Both the position numbers and the translations under genes were made by a program. From an uncultured Spirochaetota bacterium (lineage in GTDB: Bacteria > Spirochaetota > Spirochaetia > SZUA-6 > Fen-1364), in the NCBI GenBank assembly GCA_963781885.1, contig CAWAHW010000001.1, positions 128,001 to 192,000 on the forward strand: DNA of 64,000 nt, in the 5' to 3' direction. This document shows positions 9,455 to 19,631 of this stretch, in pieces (the first letter of the stretch is position 1; each line of letters starts with the position of its first letter). The notes below the pieces were generated by a model. It worked only from the letters and a program-made list of their open reading frames with translations, had not been told where the DNA came from and ran no database searches.

Positions 9455-12430
9455 CTACCACCCCGATTCAAAAAGGAAACCCCACGAGCCCGCGGGGACT
9501 GCAGGTCTCTGGAAGGGCACCGCGTAGTAGATCTGCAGCACGATCGCGTTCAGCACGTTGATTCTCACGGCCGCACCCGCGCTCACCATGGGCACGCGGG
9601 CGCCAGGATCCGTGCTGCCGGAAAAATCCGGCGGGCTCGTGCCCGTCCAGGCGACACCCGCGTCGACAAAACCGACGAGCGTGAGAGGCAGCCACGGGAA
9701 GTTCAGGAGGCCCACGTCGGCAGTGCCCAGGATCGGAAGGCGCAGCTCGGCGTTGAGCACGGCGATGCGGGACCCGAAAAGCCTGTCGATCTGGGGCACG
9801 TCCCCGCCCCCCGCGCCCTCGATTGAGGCCATCGAATAATACTCGTATCCCCGGACGAGCGCGGGGTCCCCGAGGTAGTAGTCGCCGATGAGCGCGTTGT
9901 CGGCGTCGCCGAGATAGCGTCCCTCGTGCAGCGCGCGCACGGCAAGGGAAAAAGGCTTGAGGTAGAGATAGGCGCGGACGTCGGCGATTGCGGTGGCAAA
10001 GAACAGCGAGCCCGTGTCGCCGTCGATCTCCAGCCGGTAACGGTAGCCCTTCAGGGGCTCGGTGAAGCCGAAGAAGGAATAGTCACCGACATAGGCCGCC
10101 CCGACGCGGAAGATGTCCAGCGGCGGCGGCACGTCGAGGGTCACCTGCCCGGCGCCGAGGTAGTTCCCCTGCTGGTAGAAGGACACGGGAGCGACCTGCT
10201 CGAACCAGACGTGCTGATAGCCCGCAAGAGCCTCTATCCTCCTGTTCGCGCTGAGCGGATAGGAGCCCTGTACGTCCGCGAGCTCCGTGAAGACCTGCTG
10301 CTGCACGAGCGCGGTGTCGGCGCCGGCAACGGTGATGGCGGCTGAAGGCAGGAGGAAGTAGTTCGTCTGCGGCAGGTGGGCGATGTCGATACCCCAGCCG
10401 AAGCGCCGCGCGCTGTTGGTGTAGGAAATCTGCCCCCCCAGCGTATCGACGGTGCCATTGACCTGCGCGACGATATCGACGAGCTGGTTGCCCGGCACGT
10501 CCTGCAGAAGCATCTCCGCCGTGCCGCCCAGTGTCGTGCCCAGGGCGCCGACGCTGAGCCCGATGTCGGTGGCGCTTGCCGACAGGAGCTGGAAGTTCGT
10601 ACGGTACGGCGCAAGGGCTCCGACCGGTGTGACCGGGAGATCCTGCTCCGCAAGCTCCGCGGCAGGAGAGATCGCCCCATCATATTGCACGGCGTTGCCC
10701 ACGGCCTCGTCGCCGCGCAGCACGTGCACCTCGTATCCCCTGTTGGTGAAAACGGAAAGGGCAAGGCTCCCGGTTGCCGACGCCACCGAGAGGCAGGGGG
10801 AAAGAAGCGTGAGCCCGCCGACGCCGGTGGCGACGTGGGTGACGCGGAAGAAGAGCCCCCCCGCCATGTCGTAGCGGTACACGTCCGGCACGCCGTCGGG
10901 ATCCGCGACGAAGTACAGGCTCTTTCCGTCGGGCGCAAAGACCGGGTTCACGTGCGTGGCGCCGTCCTTGATGGAGACGATGCGCACCGCACCTGTTGCC
11001 ACATTCATGATCCCGATGTTCATGGAGCCGAAGGACAGCGCGGCCCTGTCGGTCTTGCCTCCCTGGTCCGTCACGAAGGCGAGCGATTGCCCGTCCGGCG
11101 ACCAGGAGGGCTGCAGGTAGGCCGCGCGCGTGCGTGTGATCTTCGTGAGCGCACCGTCCGCCGGGTCCAGGAGCCAGATGCCGGCCTCCGCGCTCACGGT
11201 CGCCGACAAGGCGATCCGCGACCCGTCGGGGCTCCAGCTGATGCCCGACACGTCGTTCAGGTCGCCGAGGGGAACGACGCGGGAGATCCTGCCGCTGTGC
11301 GCGTCGGCAAGCGCCAGGGCCTCCCTCCCGTTCCGCTCGACGGAGAATGCGACCGTGCGCGAGTCGGCGCTCCACCCCCCCGACGAATCGGTAAAGTGCA
11401 GCGCGTCGAAGTGCGCATCGGTATCCGTGGAGCCCAGGCTGCGGAGGATTTTCCCCGAGGCCGTATCGGCGATGGAAAGACTGAAGGTGAAGGGGTCCGC
11501 CCGTGAGAACACGCCGATCATGGTTCCGTCCGGACTGATGGAGGGGCCGAGCACCGTCCCCGTGCCGATGCCGGCGAGCGTCCTGCCGACCTGCCGGGGG
11601 TCGGTGCGCCCGGCGAGCTGGGGAGAGATCCGGGCGGAAAGCTCGTCCTTCCAGAGCTTGGACAGATCGCCGAGACTCTTCACACCGAGGGCCGATGCAA
11701 GAGCCGTATCCACGCCGCCCGACGCGGAGGCAGTGATGAAAGCCTTCAACGCCGCGTCTCCCCAGCGACGGTCGATGAAATCCAGGAGCGCCTGCCCGAA
11801 GCGATAGGGAAAATACATATCGGGCCGGGAGGTCATCTGGGAGACGTCGGGCAGCGAGCCGTGCAGAACCGCGTCGCGCATCCAGATGGCCGTGAGCGGG
11901 TCGTCCTTTCCCAGCGACAGGTATTCCGCCATGCCCTCGATCAGCCAGGTCGGAAGCGGGGAGGAAGGCGAGAACGAGGAGCCTCCCCCTTTCATGAGAC
12001 GGAACTGGAACGCATGCACGAGCTCGTGGCCGATGACGTGATCGTCGTCCGCGGGGACGCCGGTGAGGGGAAGAAGGATCCTTCCTCCCAGGCTCTCCGT
12101 CACACCGCCCTCACCCGGGGAGATGAGACCGGGCACCGCATTGGATTGCTGGAAGTCGGCAAAGCTGTCGTAGAGGATCACCTTCTGCGGCCCTTCCAGG
12201 TCGGTGCCAAAGAGCGCAGCATGCCGTGCGTACCACTTCTCCAGCATGCGCGCGGCGTCCTCTGCCGCCGGCGTGCCCCGCGGATAGTGGAGGATCTGGA
12301 AATGCGTCGTCGTGAGCACGGAGAAATCGAGCTTCTTCCAGGTCACCTTGTTGCGGCCGAACTCCTGCGCGGAGGCCACGGACCCGGCAAACAGGAAAAT
12401 CACCAGAAGGGTCACGCCACGGCGGAGCAT
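9455..12430 (-). CDS. Exported protein: zincin-like domain + TolB/PD40 beta-propeller + Omp85/BamA-type C-terminal barrel
   Basis: Signal peptide; HELVH..WLIEGMAEY; repeated PSISPDG/WSPDG/FAPDG; VRGY loop motif, NAELRLP, terminal aromatic residue (FESGW). Confidence 0.8.
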   Translation of the reverse strand: MLRRGVTLLVIFLFAGSVASAQEFGRNKVTWKKLDFSVLTTTHFQILHYPRGTPAAEDAARMLEKWYARHAALFGTDLEGPQKVILYDSFADFQQSNAVPGLISPGEGGVTESLGGRILLPLTGVPADDDHVIGHELVHAFQFRLMKGGGSSFSPSSPLPTWLIEGMAEYLSLGKDDPLTAIWMRDAVLHGSLPDVSQMTSRPDMYFPYRFGQALLDFIDRRWGDAALKAFITASASGGVDTALASALGVKSLGDLSKLWKDELSARISPQLAGRTDPRQVGRTLAGIGTGTVLGPSISPDGTMIGVFSRADPFTFSLSIADTASGKILRSLGSTDTDAHFDALHFTDSSGGWSADSRTVAFSVERNGREALALADAHSGRISRVVPLGDLNDVSGISWSPDGSRIALSATVSAEAGIWLLDPADGALTKITRTRAAYLQPSWSPDGQSLAFVTDQGGKTDRAALSFGSMNIGIMNVATGAVRIVSIKDGATHVNPVFAPDGKSLYFVADPDGVPDVYRYDMAGGLFFRVTHVATGVGGLTLLSPCLSVASATGSLALSVFTNRGYEVHVLRGDEAVGNAVQYDGAISPAAELAEQDLPVTPVGALAPYRTNFQLLSASATDIGLSVGALGTTLGGTAEMLLQDVPGNQLVDIVAQVNGTVDTLGGQISYTNSARRFGWGIDIAHLPQTNYFLLPSAAITVAGADTALVQQQVFTELADVQGSYPLSANRRIEALAGYQHVWFEQVAPVSFYQQGNYLGAGQVTLDVPPPLDIFRVGAAYVGDYSFFGFTEPLKGYRYRLEIDGDTGSLFFATAIADVRAYLYLKPFSLAVRALHEGRYLGDADNALIGDYYLGDPALVRGYEYYSMASIEGAGGGDVPQIDRLFGSRIAVLNAELRLPILGTADVGLLNFPWLPLTLVGFVDAGVAWTGTSPPDFSGSTDPGARVPMVSAGAAVRINVLNAIVLQIYYAVPFQRPAVPAGSWGFLFESGW

Positions 12431-12519
12431 GATTGAAAAGATCGGCCGCCAGGCGGCACGGGTCAAGACCACCGGGCGGTGCATTTCCACAAAACGGACG
12501 AATTCAGTACTATTTATCG

Positions 12520-13563
12520 ATGCCCGAAACGCCTGTCACCGAGGAGCTTATCCGCAACGCGCTGCGGACGGTCGAGGAACCGGAGCTGCACCGCGACCTG
12601 ATCACGCTGGACTTCGTGCGCGACATCGCGATCAAGGGAAAAGACGTCGGGTTCACCATCACGCTCACCACGCCCGCCTGCCCGCTGAAGGACCAGATCC
12701 GCGACGAAAGCGAAAAGGCCATCCGCCGGCTGGTGCCCGGTGTGGGCGCCATCGCCATCGCGTTCGACGCGCGCGTGCGCGCGGACAAGCGGATCGAAGA
12801 CAAGATCCACCTCCCCATCAAGACCATCATCGCCGTGGGAAGCGGCAAGGGCGGCGTGGGAAAATCCACCGTGAGCGTCAATCTCGCCGTTGCGCTGGCC
12901 CAGTCGGGGGCCTCCGTCGGGCTTCTGGACGCGGACGTCTATGGCCCGAACATCCCCACCCTCATGGGCATCGACCAGCTTCCGCCGCCGGACGGTGAGA
13001 CGCTCGTGCCGGCGGTCGCTTTCGGCGTGCGGGTCATGAGCATGGGCTTCCTCATCGGCGCGGAGGAGGCGCTCGTGTGGCGCGGCCCCATGATACACGG
13101 CGCGCTGCGGCAGCTCCTCACCGAGGTCGCCTGGGGCAACCTCGACTACCTCGTCGTGGACCTTCCGCCGGGCACGGGGGACGCGCAGCTCAGCGTGGCG
13201 CAGCTCGTGCCGCTCACCGCGGGCATCGTCGTGACCACGCCGCAGCTTCTGTCCGTGAGCGATGCGCGGCGCGGGGTCGCCGCCTTCCAGAAGCTCGGCG
13301 TGCCCGTGCTGGGCATCGTGGAGAACATGAGCGGCGACGTCTTCGGCACGGGCGGCGGCGCGCGCGCCGCGGCCGAGCTCAAGGTGCCGTTCCTCGGCAC
13401 CATCCCGATGGACGCGCGCATCTCGCGCATGGGCGATGGGGGAACGCCGCCGGTCTCCGGCACGGAGACCTTTCCGGCCGCGGAGGCTCTGCGAAGCCTG
13501 GCGCGCAGCATTGCCGCCGGGATCAGCGTCCATCAGTACCAGAACAATGGGGGCGGACGATGA
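12520..13563 (+). CDS. apbC: Mrp/ApbC (NBP35) Fe-S cluster carrier ATPase
   Basis: N-terminal DUF59-like EPEL..LTTPACP; GSGKGGVGKST, DADVYGP, DLPPGTGD, VENMS. Confidence 0.92.
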   Translation: MPETPVTEELIRNALRTVEEPELHRDLITLDFVRDIAIKGKDVGFTITLTTPACPLKDQIRDESEKAIRRLVPGVGAIAIAFDARVRADKRIEDKIHLPIKTIIAVGSGKGGVGKSTVSVNLAVALAQSGASVGLLDADVYGPNIPTLMGIDQLPPPDGETLVPAVAFGVRVMSMGFLIGAEEALVWRGPMIHGALRQLLTEVAWGNLDYLVVDLPPGTGDAQLSVAQLVPLTAGIVVTTPQLLSVSDARRGVAAFQKLGVPVLGIVENMSGDVFGTGGGARAAAELKVPFLGTIPMDARISRMGDGGTPPVSGTETFPAAEALRSLARSIAAGISVHQYQNNGGGR

Positions 13564-14325
13564 AGATTGCAGTCGACATTACACGCGCGGATCCCCGCGC
13601 CGGCACAGCCGTGCACGTGCAGCGCTTCGAGGTGGAGGCCGAGCCCACGGAGACGGGTGCTCGACGTGCTTCTCTCCATCAGGAACACCATGGACGCCAC
13701 GCTTGCGTTCCGCGCGAGCTGCGCCCACGGTGTCTGCGGATCCGATGCGATGCGCATCAACGGCAAGGAGCGCCTTGCCTGCAAGACGCTCGTGCGTGAC
13801 GTGAGCGGGGATGCTCCCCTGCCCGTCATCAGCATCGAGCCCCTGCGCCACATGTCCGTGCAGCGCGACCTGGTGGTTGACCAGTCGGAGTTCTTCCGGC
13901 GCGCGCGCACAGTGGCGCCCTACCTCCTGCCAGCCGCGGAGAGCGCCCCGGCGGACGGCCGGGAGAGGCTGCAGTCGGCGGAGCAGCATGCGCAGTTCGA
14001 GGACGCCACGAAATGCATCAACTGCGGCGCCTGTTTCTCCGCGTGCCCGGTGCTGGAGAAGAATCCCCGGTTCCTCGGTCCCGCCGCCATCGTGCAGGCG
14101 GCGCGCTTCGTGGAGGACAGCCGTGACTGGGGACTGGCTCCGCGCCTGGACGCCCTTGATACCCCGGACGGCATCTGGGGATGCGAGAATCACTTCGAAT
14201 GCACACGCGTCTGCCCGCGCGAGATCAAGGTGACGAAGCTCATCAATCTCATGAAGCGCCGCGTGACGCAGGAACGCACGCGCCGGGGAGAGGTCGTGCA
14301 CGATACCGCGGAGAAGGGGGCATAG
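13560..14325 (+). CDS. sdhB: Succinate dehydrogenase/fumarate reductase Fe-S subunit, frameshift near 13655
   Basis: ATGA overlap; SCAHGVCGSDAM..LAC, CINCGACFSACP, CENHFECTRVCP; extra G in ACGGG. Confidence 0.88.
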
Positions 14326-15244
14326 GTGGGAGAGACGCAGGCGCCCGAAAGGCTGCCGCCGTGGTTCAAGGTGCGCCTCAACACGAGCAGGAGCTATGGC
14401 GCCATCAAGAGCCTCGTGCAGACCGAAGGGCTGCACACCGTCTGCCAGGAGGCGCGCTGCCCCGAACCTGCATGAATGCTGGGGCACGCACGGCACGGCG
14501 AGCTTCATGATCCTCGGAGACACCTGCACGCGGCGCTGCCGGTTCTGCGCGGTGGGCACGGGCCTTCCCGGGGCCGTAGACGTCCTGGAGCCGATGAAAG
14601 TGGCGGCCTCCGTCATGAAGATGGGTCTGAAGCATGCCCACGTCACGATGGTGAACAGGGACGACCTGCCGGACGGCGGGGCTTCTGCGATGGCCGCCAC
14701 CGTGCGCGCCATCAAGGCGCGCGCGCCGGAATGCTCCGTGGAGGTGCTCACGTCGGATTTCATGGGCGCGCGGGACGCCATCGCCGCGGTGGTGGAAAGC
14801 TCGCCGGACATCGTGAGCCACAACGTGGAGACGGTGCGGCGGCTCACCCCCCGGGTGCGCTCGCGATCCACGTATGACCGGTCGCTTCTTTTCCTCCGCA
14901 CCGCGCGGGAGCTGGACCCGAAGGCCGTCACCAAGTCGAGCCTCATGCTCGGGCTGGGAGAAACGCGGGACGAGATCCTCTCCACGCTGGACGACCTGCG
15001 CGCGGAAGACGTCGACATCGTGAATCTCGGCCAATACCTCCAGCCGACGCGGAACAACATCCCCGTGCAGCGCTACTGGACTCCGGAAGAGTTCGCCTCC
15101 CTGCGGGAGGCGGCACTCGAGCGCGGATTCCTGCACTGCGAGGCCGGGCCTCTCGTGCGCTCCTCCTACCACGCCGGCGAGCAGTACGAAAGCTTCCGGC
15201 AGAACCTCCAGCGTGTCCGCGCCGCGCGCGCGGCCGGGGCGTGA
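14326..15244 (+). CDS. lipA: Lipoyl synthase, frameshift near 14462
   Basis: RLPPWFK, TVCQEARCP/NLHECW (CX4CX5C), CTRRCRFC radical-SAM motif, HNVETV, VRSSYHA. Confidence 0.93.
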
Positions 15245-15936
15245 TCGAGACATCACACCGGACACCGGGCAGACGCCCGCGGACCAACCCGCTTCACCCC
15301 CTCATTGCCATCCGCGAGCTGGGCCGGGGCATATTCATCCTGCGTCTTGCGCGGGAAGGCATGCAATTCCGCGCCGGTCAGTGGGTCAATGTCGGCATCC
15401 CCGGCGCAGGGGAGCAGAGGGAATACAGCATCTACTCGCCGCCATCGGCGGAATACCTGGAGGTGCTGGTGAAGGAGATCCCCGGTGGCGAGGTTTCTCC
15501 TGCCCTGCACCGCTGCCGCCCGGGGGACCGTGTGGAGATCGACGGCCCGCACGGGGCATTCACCCTGGTGGAGGGGCTGCGCGATGCTCCGCATTACCTG
15601 TTCTGCGCATCGGGAACAGGGGTGTCGCCTTTTCACAGCTTTGTCACTGAATACCCTGCCACTGATTATGTCCTGCTCCACGGGGTTCGCCATCGCGCGG
15701 AGCTCGTGGACCCGGGAACGTACGACGCTGCCCGGTTCGTGCCGTGCATCAGCAGGGAGCCGGCGCGACCCGGCGAGCACCAGGGCAGGCTCACCGGCTA
15801 CCTCGCGGAACATCCCATCGACCCCTCGACATACTGTTACCTCTGCGGCAACAGCGACATGATCTATGAGGCATTCTCCCTCCTCACGCGTTTCGGCGTG
15901 CCGCGCGAGCAGATATTCGCCGAGATTTATTTCTGA
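15241..15936 (+). CDS. FAD/NAD(P)-binding ferredoxin reductase-like oxidoreductase
   Basis: FRAGQW, REYSI, GEVS, ASGTGVSPF, YLCGN, C-terminal EIYF. Confidence 0.85.
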   Translation: MIETSHRTPGRRPRTNPLHPLIAIRELGRGIFILRLAREGMQFRAGQWVNVGIPGAGEQREYSIYSPPSAEYLEVLVKEIPGGEVSPALHRCRPGDRVEIDGPHGAFTLVEGLRDAPHYLFCASGTGVSPFHSFVTEYPATDYVLLHGVRHRAELVDPGTYDAARFVPCISREPARPGEHQGRLTGYLAEHPIDPSTYCYLCGNSDMIYEAFSLLTRFGVPREQIFAEIYF

Positions 15937-15946
15937 TGGCCGGTGT

Positions 15947-15975
15947 TTGAAAGACATAGGCAGGCACAGTATTAT
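15947..15975 (+). promoter_or_regulatory. Sigma70-type promoter giving a leaderless transcript
   Basis: TTGAAA-17nt-TATTAT-6nt-ATG(15982), no SD sequence. Confidence 0.65.
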
Positions 15976-15981
15976 TTCAGC

Positions 15982-16647
15982 ATGGCTGGAAATGCACAGT
16001 TCCTGGCAGTCCTGACCTGCCTTGCTGGCATTGCCTGCGTCAGCCTCGACGCGCAGGTGGAAAAGAGTCTCTACCGCGAGACGCACGGCAGCAGGGTCTC
16101 CATGGTCGTCTACACGGTGAACAGGGCAGTCGGACAGATCGATCTGCAGTCCACGGGGGGCACCACCGACGACGAGATACAATGGGCGCCCGGCATGGGA
16201 ACGACGCTCTGGAAGGAGAAGGACTACCGGGTGGGCACGGACCTCGTGGCGGAGAGGAAGGGCGATGTGATCCACATCGCGGGCCGGCTTCGCGGCGAGG
16301 AGGTCGAAAGGGACATCGGCGTCGATGGGTCGCCCTGGTACCAGATACTAGGTCCGATCGTAGGGGATCTCCTGCCTGCGGACGCGGCGGAGCGGGAGTT
16401 CTGGGTCGTCAACCCCGACGACCTTGCGCCGCACAAGATGCTCGTCAGGCGCGCGGGAGCCGAGTTCCTAAGCTTCCGGGGTTCCCGGATCGAAACGAAC
16501 AAGATACATTTCTCTCCGGCCGGAGTGCTCGCGCGTTTCTGGGGCGCGGACTTCTGGTATCGGCAGCAGGACGGGGAATGGATCTATTCCCGGCTGCCGG
16601 AAGATGGCGGGATGACGATCAATGAGCTCCAAGAGTCCGGCGCCTGA
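15982..16647 (+). CDS. Exported hypothetical protein
   Basis: Hydrophobic N-terminus with SLDA cleavage-like site; beta-rich body; promoter directly upstream. Confidence 0.6.
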   Translation: MAGNAQFLAVLTCLAGIACVSLDAQVEKSLYRETHGSRVSMVVYTVNRAVGQIDLQSTGGTTDDEIQWAPGMGTTLWKEKDYRVGTDLVAERKGDVIHIAGRLRGEEVERDIGVDGSPWYQILGPIVGDLLPADAAEREFWVVNPDDLAPHKMLVRRAGAEFLSFRGSRIETNKIHFSPAGVLARFWGADFWYRQQDGEWIYSRLPEDGGMTINELQESGA

Positions 16648-17602
16648 GCGCGGGAAGGAAAAGAAGCGCTGGGATGCACTCGATGACCTTCGGGGCATCG
16701 CCGTGCTCACGATGATTCCCGTGAACGTGGCGGCCCCTTTCAGCGCCATCCCCGCCTGGTTCAAGCACGCCCCGTCCACGGGGCTCACATTCGCGGATTT
16801 CATCCTTCCCTGCTTCCTCTTCTCTCTCGGGCTTTCCGCCTCGTTCTCATTCGCCGCGCGCGTCAAAGAGAGAGGATTCGCCAGGACGCTCCTTCACGCC
16901 TTCATCCGCTACGCGGTGCTCTTCGCCTTCGGCACCATCGGCATTCTCCTGGTCGACCACACGGCCCGGTGGGAGGTCCTCCAGATGCTCGGCGCGACGG
17001 GCCTTCTTTCCTTCTTCTTCATGCTCCTCCCACCGTGGCCCCGTCTCGGCGCGGCGGCGCTCATGCTCGCATGCGTGGAAATACTGCGCCCGCTCGGCCT
17101 GGGCGCGCTCATCAACGGCTGGTACGACTCGGGGCTCGGCGGTCCCTGGGGGACATTCAGCCTTTCATTCCTGATCGTCGTCGCATCGGTGCTGGGCGAG
17201 CTCATCCGCGCCGCTGACGCGCGAAAGCGTCTTGCCTGGTCGTCGGGCTTCGCGGGCGTGTTGATTGCCGGCGGCATTATCGCCGCCCTTTTCCTCCCCT
17301 TTTCAAAGCACCTCATGAGCCTGAGCTACATCCTCTTCACCGGCGGCGTATCAGCCGGCGTGCTCGCGCTTCTCGTGGCGATCACTGAAATGTGGGGGGG
17401 CAGCCTCGGCTTCGTCAGGAGCGTCGGCCGCAACCCGCTCCTGCTCTATATGCTCCACGCCGTGCTCGGCGTGCTTGCCCTCACAGTCGCCGGCGTCGAT
17501 GCTTCGGGTGCCGCCGCGTGGGGGGCATGCGCCGTGGTCATTCTGCTCTGCATCGGCGCCGCCTGGGCGCTGGACGCGAAGAAGCTCTACGTGCGGCTCT
17601 GA
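16622..17602 (+). CDS. Heparan-alpha-glucosaminide N-acetyltransferase (NagX/HGSNAT)-like membrane protein
   Basis: RWDALDDLRG, GLTFADFILPCFLF, PFSKHLMSLSY, GRNPL; multiple TM helices. Confidence 0.75.
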   Translation: MSSKSPAPERGKEKKRWDALDDLRGIAVLTMIPVNVAAPFSAIPAWFKHAPSTGLTFADFILPCFLFSLGLSASFSFAARVKERGFARTLLHAFIRYAVLFAFGTIGILLVDHTARWEVLQMLGATGLLSFFFMLLPPWPRLGAAALMLACVEILRPLGLGALINGWYDSGLGGPWGTFSLSFLIVVASVLGELIRAADARKRLAWSSGFAGVLIAGGIIAALFLPFSKHLMSLSYILFTGGVSAGVLALLVAITEMWGGSLGFVRSVGRNPLLLYMLHAVLGVLALTVAGVDASGAAAWGACAVVILLCIGAAWALDAKKLYVRL

Positions 17603-17633
17603 GCCGCGATCGGATCGGCCGCCGTCCGCGCCG

Positions 17634-17975
17634 TCATGAGTCGATGCGCGGCACCCAGAGTCGGCGCTTCATGTCGACGCTCCCGTCCTCCTTCACCCTG
17701 ACGCCGTCCCGCTCCAGTGCCGCCTTCTGCTGCTCGTAACCGGCGCCGCGCGGCAGAGAGATCGACCCGCGGCTGTTGATGACCCGGTGCCAGGGAAGAC
17801 GCTCCTTTCGCGAGAGTGAGTGGAGGATGCGCGCGACCTGGCGCGCGGCGAGCGGGCTTCCCGCCACGGCGGCGACCTGGGCATATGTGGCGACTTTTCC
17901 GCGCGGGATGGAGCGGATGACCGCAAGGGCCCGGACGGTGAAGGGGGCGTATCTCCCTGCTCTCGACGCGGCCAT
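17634..17975 (-). CDS. Alkyltransferase-like (ATL/YbaZ, MGMT family) DNA-damage binding protein
   Basis: IPRGKVATYAQVA, ARQVA, PWHRV (W replaces the catalytic C of PCHR). Confidence 0.88.
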   Translation of the reverse strand: MAASRAGRYAPFTVRALAVIRSIPRGKVATYAQVAAVAGSPLAARQVARILHSLSRKERLPWHRVINSRGSISLPRGAGYEQQKAALERDGVRVKEDGSVDMKRRLWVPRIDS

Positions 17976-18146
17976 GCGCCCATGATACCGGGACAGCAGC
18001 ATCCCGTCAGCGCCTCGACGCGAGGCTTGACGGCATAATTAGCGCCGCTGAAGATCGTCGGGCTTGCGGTCATCGTTGCGGGCATGGCGCTGGTTGTTGC
18101 GTAGCGGGCGTGCCCCTCTCCGGCTATACTGTCCGGGGGGTTCGAC

Positions 18147-18947
18147 GTGGCAAGAACGAGGATCGTGATCACCGGTTCCACGCGCGGCGTGGGGCTGCGG
18201 ATGGCCCGGGAGTTCCTGTCCCGAGGGTGCGCCGTGATGGTCTCCGGGAGGACCTGGCAGGCGGTGGATTCCGCCGTCGCCCAGCTGAAGGAACAGGTGC
18301 GGGACGCCGACGTGCACGGCCACCCCTGCGACACCGGCGTCTACGCCCAGGTGGAGGCCCTGTGGAGTGCCGCACAACAGGAGTTCGGTGGCGTCGACCA
18401 CTGGCTCAACAACGCGGGCATCGGACAGACCGCGGTCCCGGTCTGGGAGCTGCCCCCGGAGGAGACGGAGGCCGTGATCCACACGGACGTCCTGGGCGTG
18501 CTGTATGGTGCCCGGGTGGCCATGCGCGGCATGTCACCGGCCGGCAGCGGGACGATCTGGTTCATGGAAGGCTATGGATCGGACGGCAGGATCATGAAGG
18601 GCATCACGGTCTACGGCGCGGCGAAGCGGGCCGTCCGCTATGCCGCCCACGCGCTCGCGGTGGAGGCAAAAGGCACGGGGGTCAACATCGGCACGCTGAG
18701 CCCGGGCATCATGGTCACCGATTTCACCCTGTCGAAGCTCGACAAGCGCGATGCCGCGGCCTGGAAGAGGACGCGCGCGGTCTTCAACATCCTTGCCGAC
18801 ACGCCCGAGACCGTTGCGGCATTCCTCGTGCCCCGGATCCTCGCCGCGAGAAAAAACGGGACGCACATCGCGTGGCTCACGACCGCGAAGATCATGTTCC
18901 GCTTCATGACGGCGGGCATCGCAAGGCGCTCCGTCATGCCGGAGTGA
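18147..18947 (+). CDS. Short-chain dehydrogenase/reductase
   Basis: ITGSTRGVG, NNAG, YGAAK, LSPG. Confidence 0.9.
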   Translation: MARTRIVITGSTRGVGLRMAREFLSRGCAVMVSGRTWQAVDSAVAQLKEQVRDADVHGHPCDTGVYAQVEALWSAAQQEFGGVDHWLNNAGIGQTAVPVWELPPEETEAVIHTDVLGVLYGARVAMRGMSPAGSGTIWFMEGYGSDGRIMKGITVYGAAKRAVRYAAHALAVEAKGTGVNIGTLSPGIMVTDFTLSKLDKRDAAAWKRTRAVFNILADTPETVAAFLVPRILAARKNGTHIAWLTTAKIMFRFMTAGIARRSVMPE

Positions 18948-18983
18948 CGGGAAGCGCACCCGAGCGACTCCCCGGCGCGTTGG

Positions 18984-19559
18984 CTACCCCTTTGAAAAGC
19001 GCGTGACTTCAAGCCCCTTGCCGATGGGCAGGGTGAGGGACTCCGCATTGCGACGCCCGCGAATGTATGCGACGTAGTCGGACAAATCGTGAGACAGGAT
19101 GTTGTCGGCGACCACCACGGCTCCGGGCGCAAGGACCACCAGCTTGAAAAAGCGAATGTAGTCGTCTTTCTCGCAATCGATCAGGATGAAATCCCGCTCG
19201 CCGCACGCAGGGATGATATCTGCCGCATCCCCCAGCACGAAATCCACCCAGCCCGAGAGTCCCAGCGAGGCAATCGTTTCTCTTGCCTCCGCCTGGCGCA
19301 TCGGCTCGATTTCTATCGATATCAGGCGCCCGTTTGCCTGGCGTGCAGCCTCGGCGAGGGCGATGGTCGAGATGCCGCTGGACCCCCCGATCTCCATTAA
19401 TCGCCGGGCATGACAACCGGCCGCGAGGGCGCAGACGAATTCCGCCGAGTCCGGCTCGAGGTTGCGATGCCGCGCGGACTGCGGGAGCTTTTCCGCATCC
19501 TGGGCCAGTTTCCTTTCCCACAATCGATCTATAGCGCCGCGTTTGAGATCGTCCAGCAT
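18984..19559 (-). CDS. O-methyltransferase family protein
   Basis: MEIGGSSGIST, ILIDCEKDDY, VVVADN, IGKGL; GAAGGGG RBS. Confidence 0.85.
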   Translation of the reverse strand: MLDDLKRGAIDRLWERKLAQDAEKLPQSARHRNLEPDSAEFVCALAAGCHARRLMEIGGSSGISTIALAEAARQANGRLISIEIEPMRQAEARETIASLGLSGWVDFVLGDAADIIPACGERDFILIDCEKDDYIRFFKLVVLAPGAVVVADNILSHDLSDYVAYIRGRRNAESLTLPIGKGLEVTRFSKG

Positions 19560-19631
19560 GACATCCCCTTCACAATTACATCCCGCATTGACGATACTCA
19601 TAGACGCCTGACGCGTCATCAGGAGGTGCTC

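Noticed and set aside
17634-17975. Active O6-methylguanine methyltransferase (ogt)
   Set aside because: The active-site motif is PWHRV, lacking the acceptor Cys; this is the known ATL class
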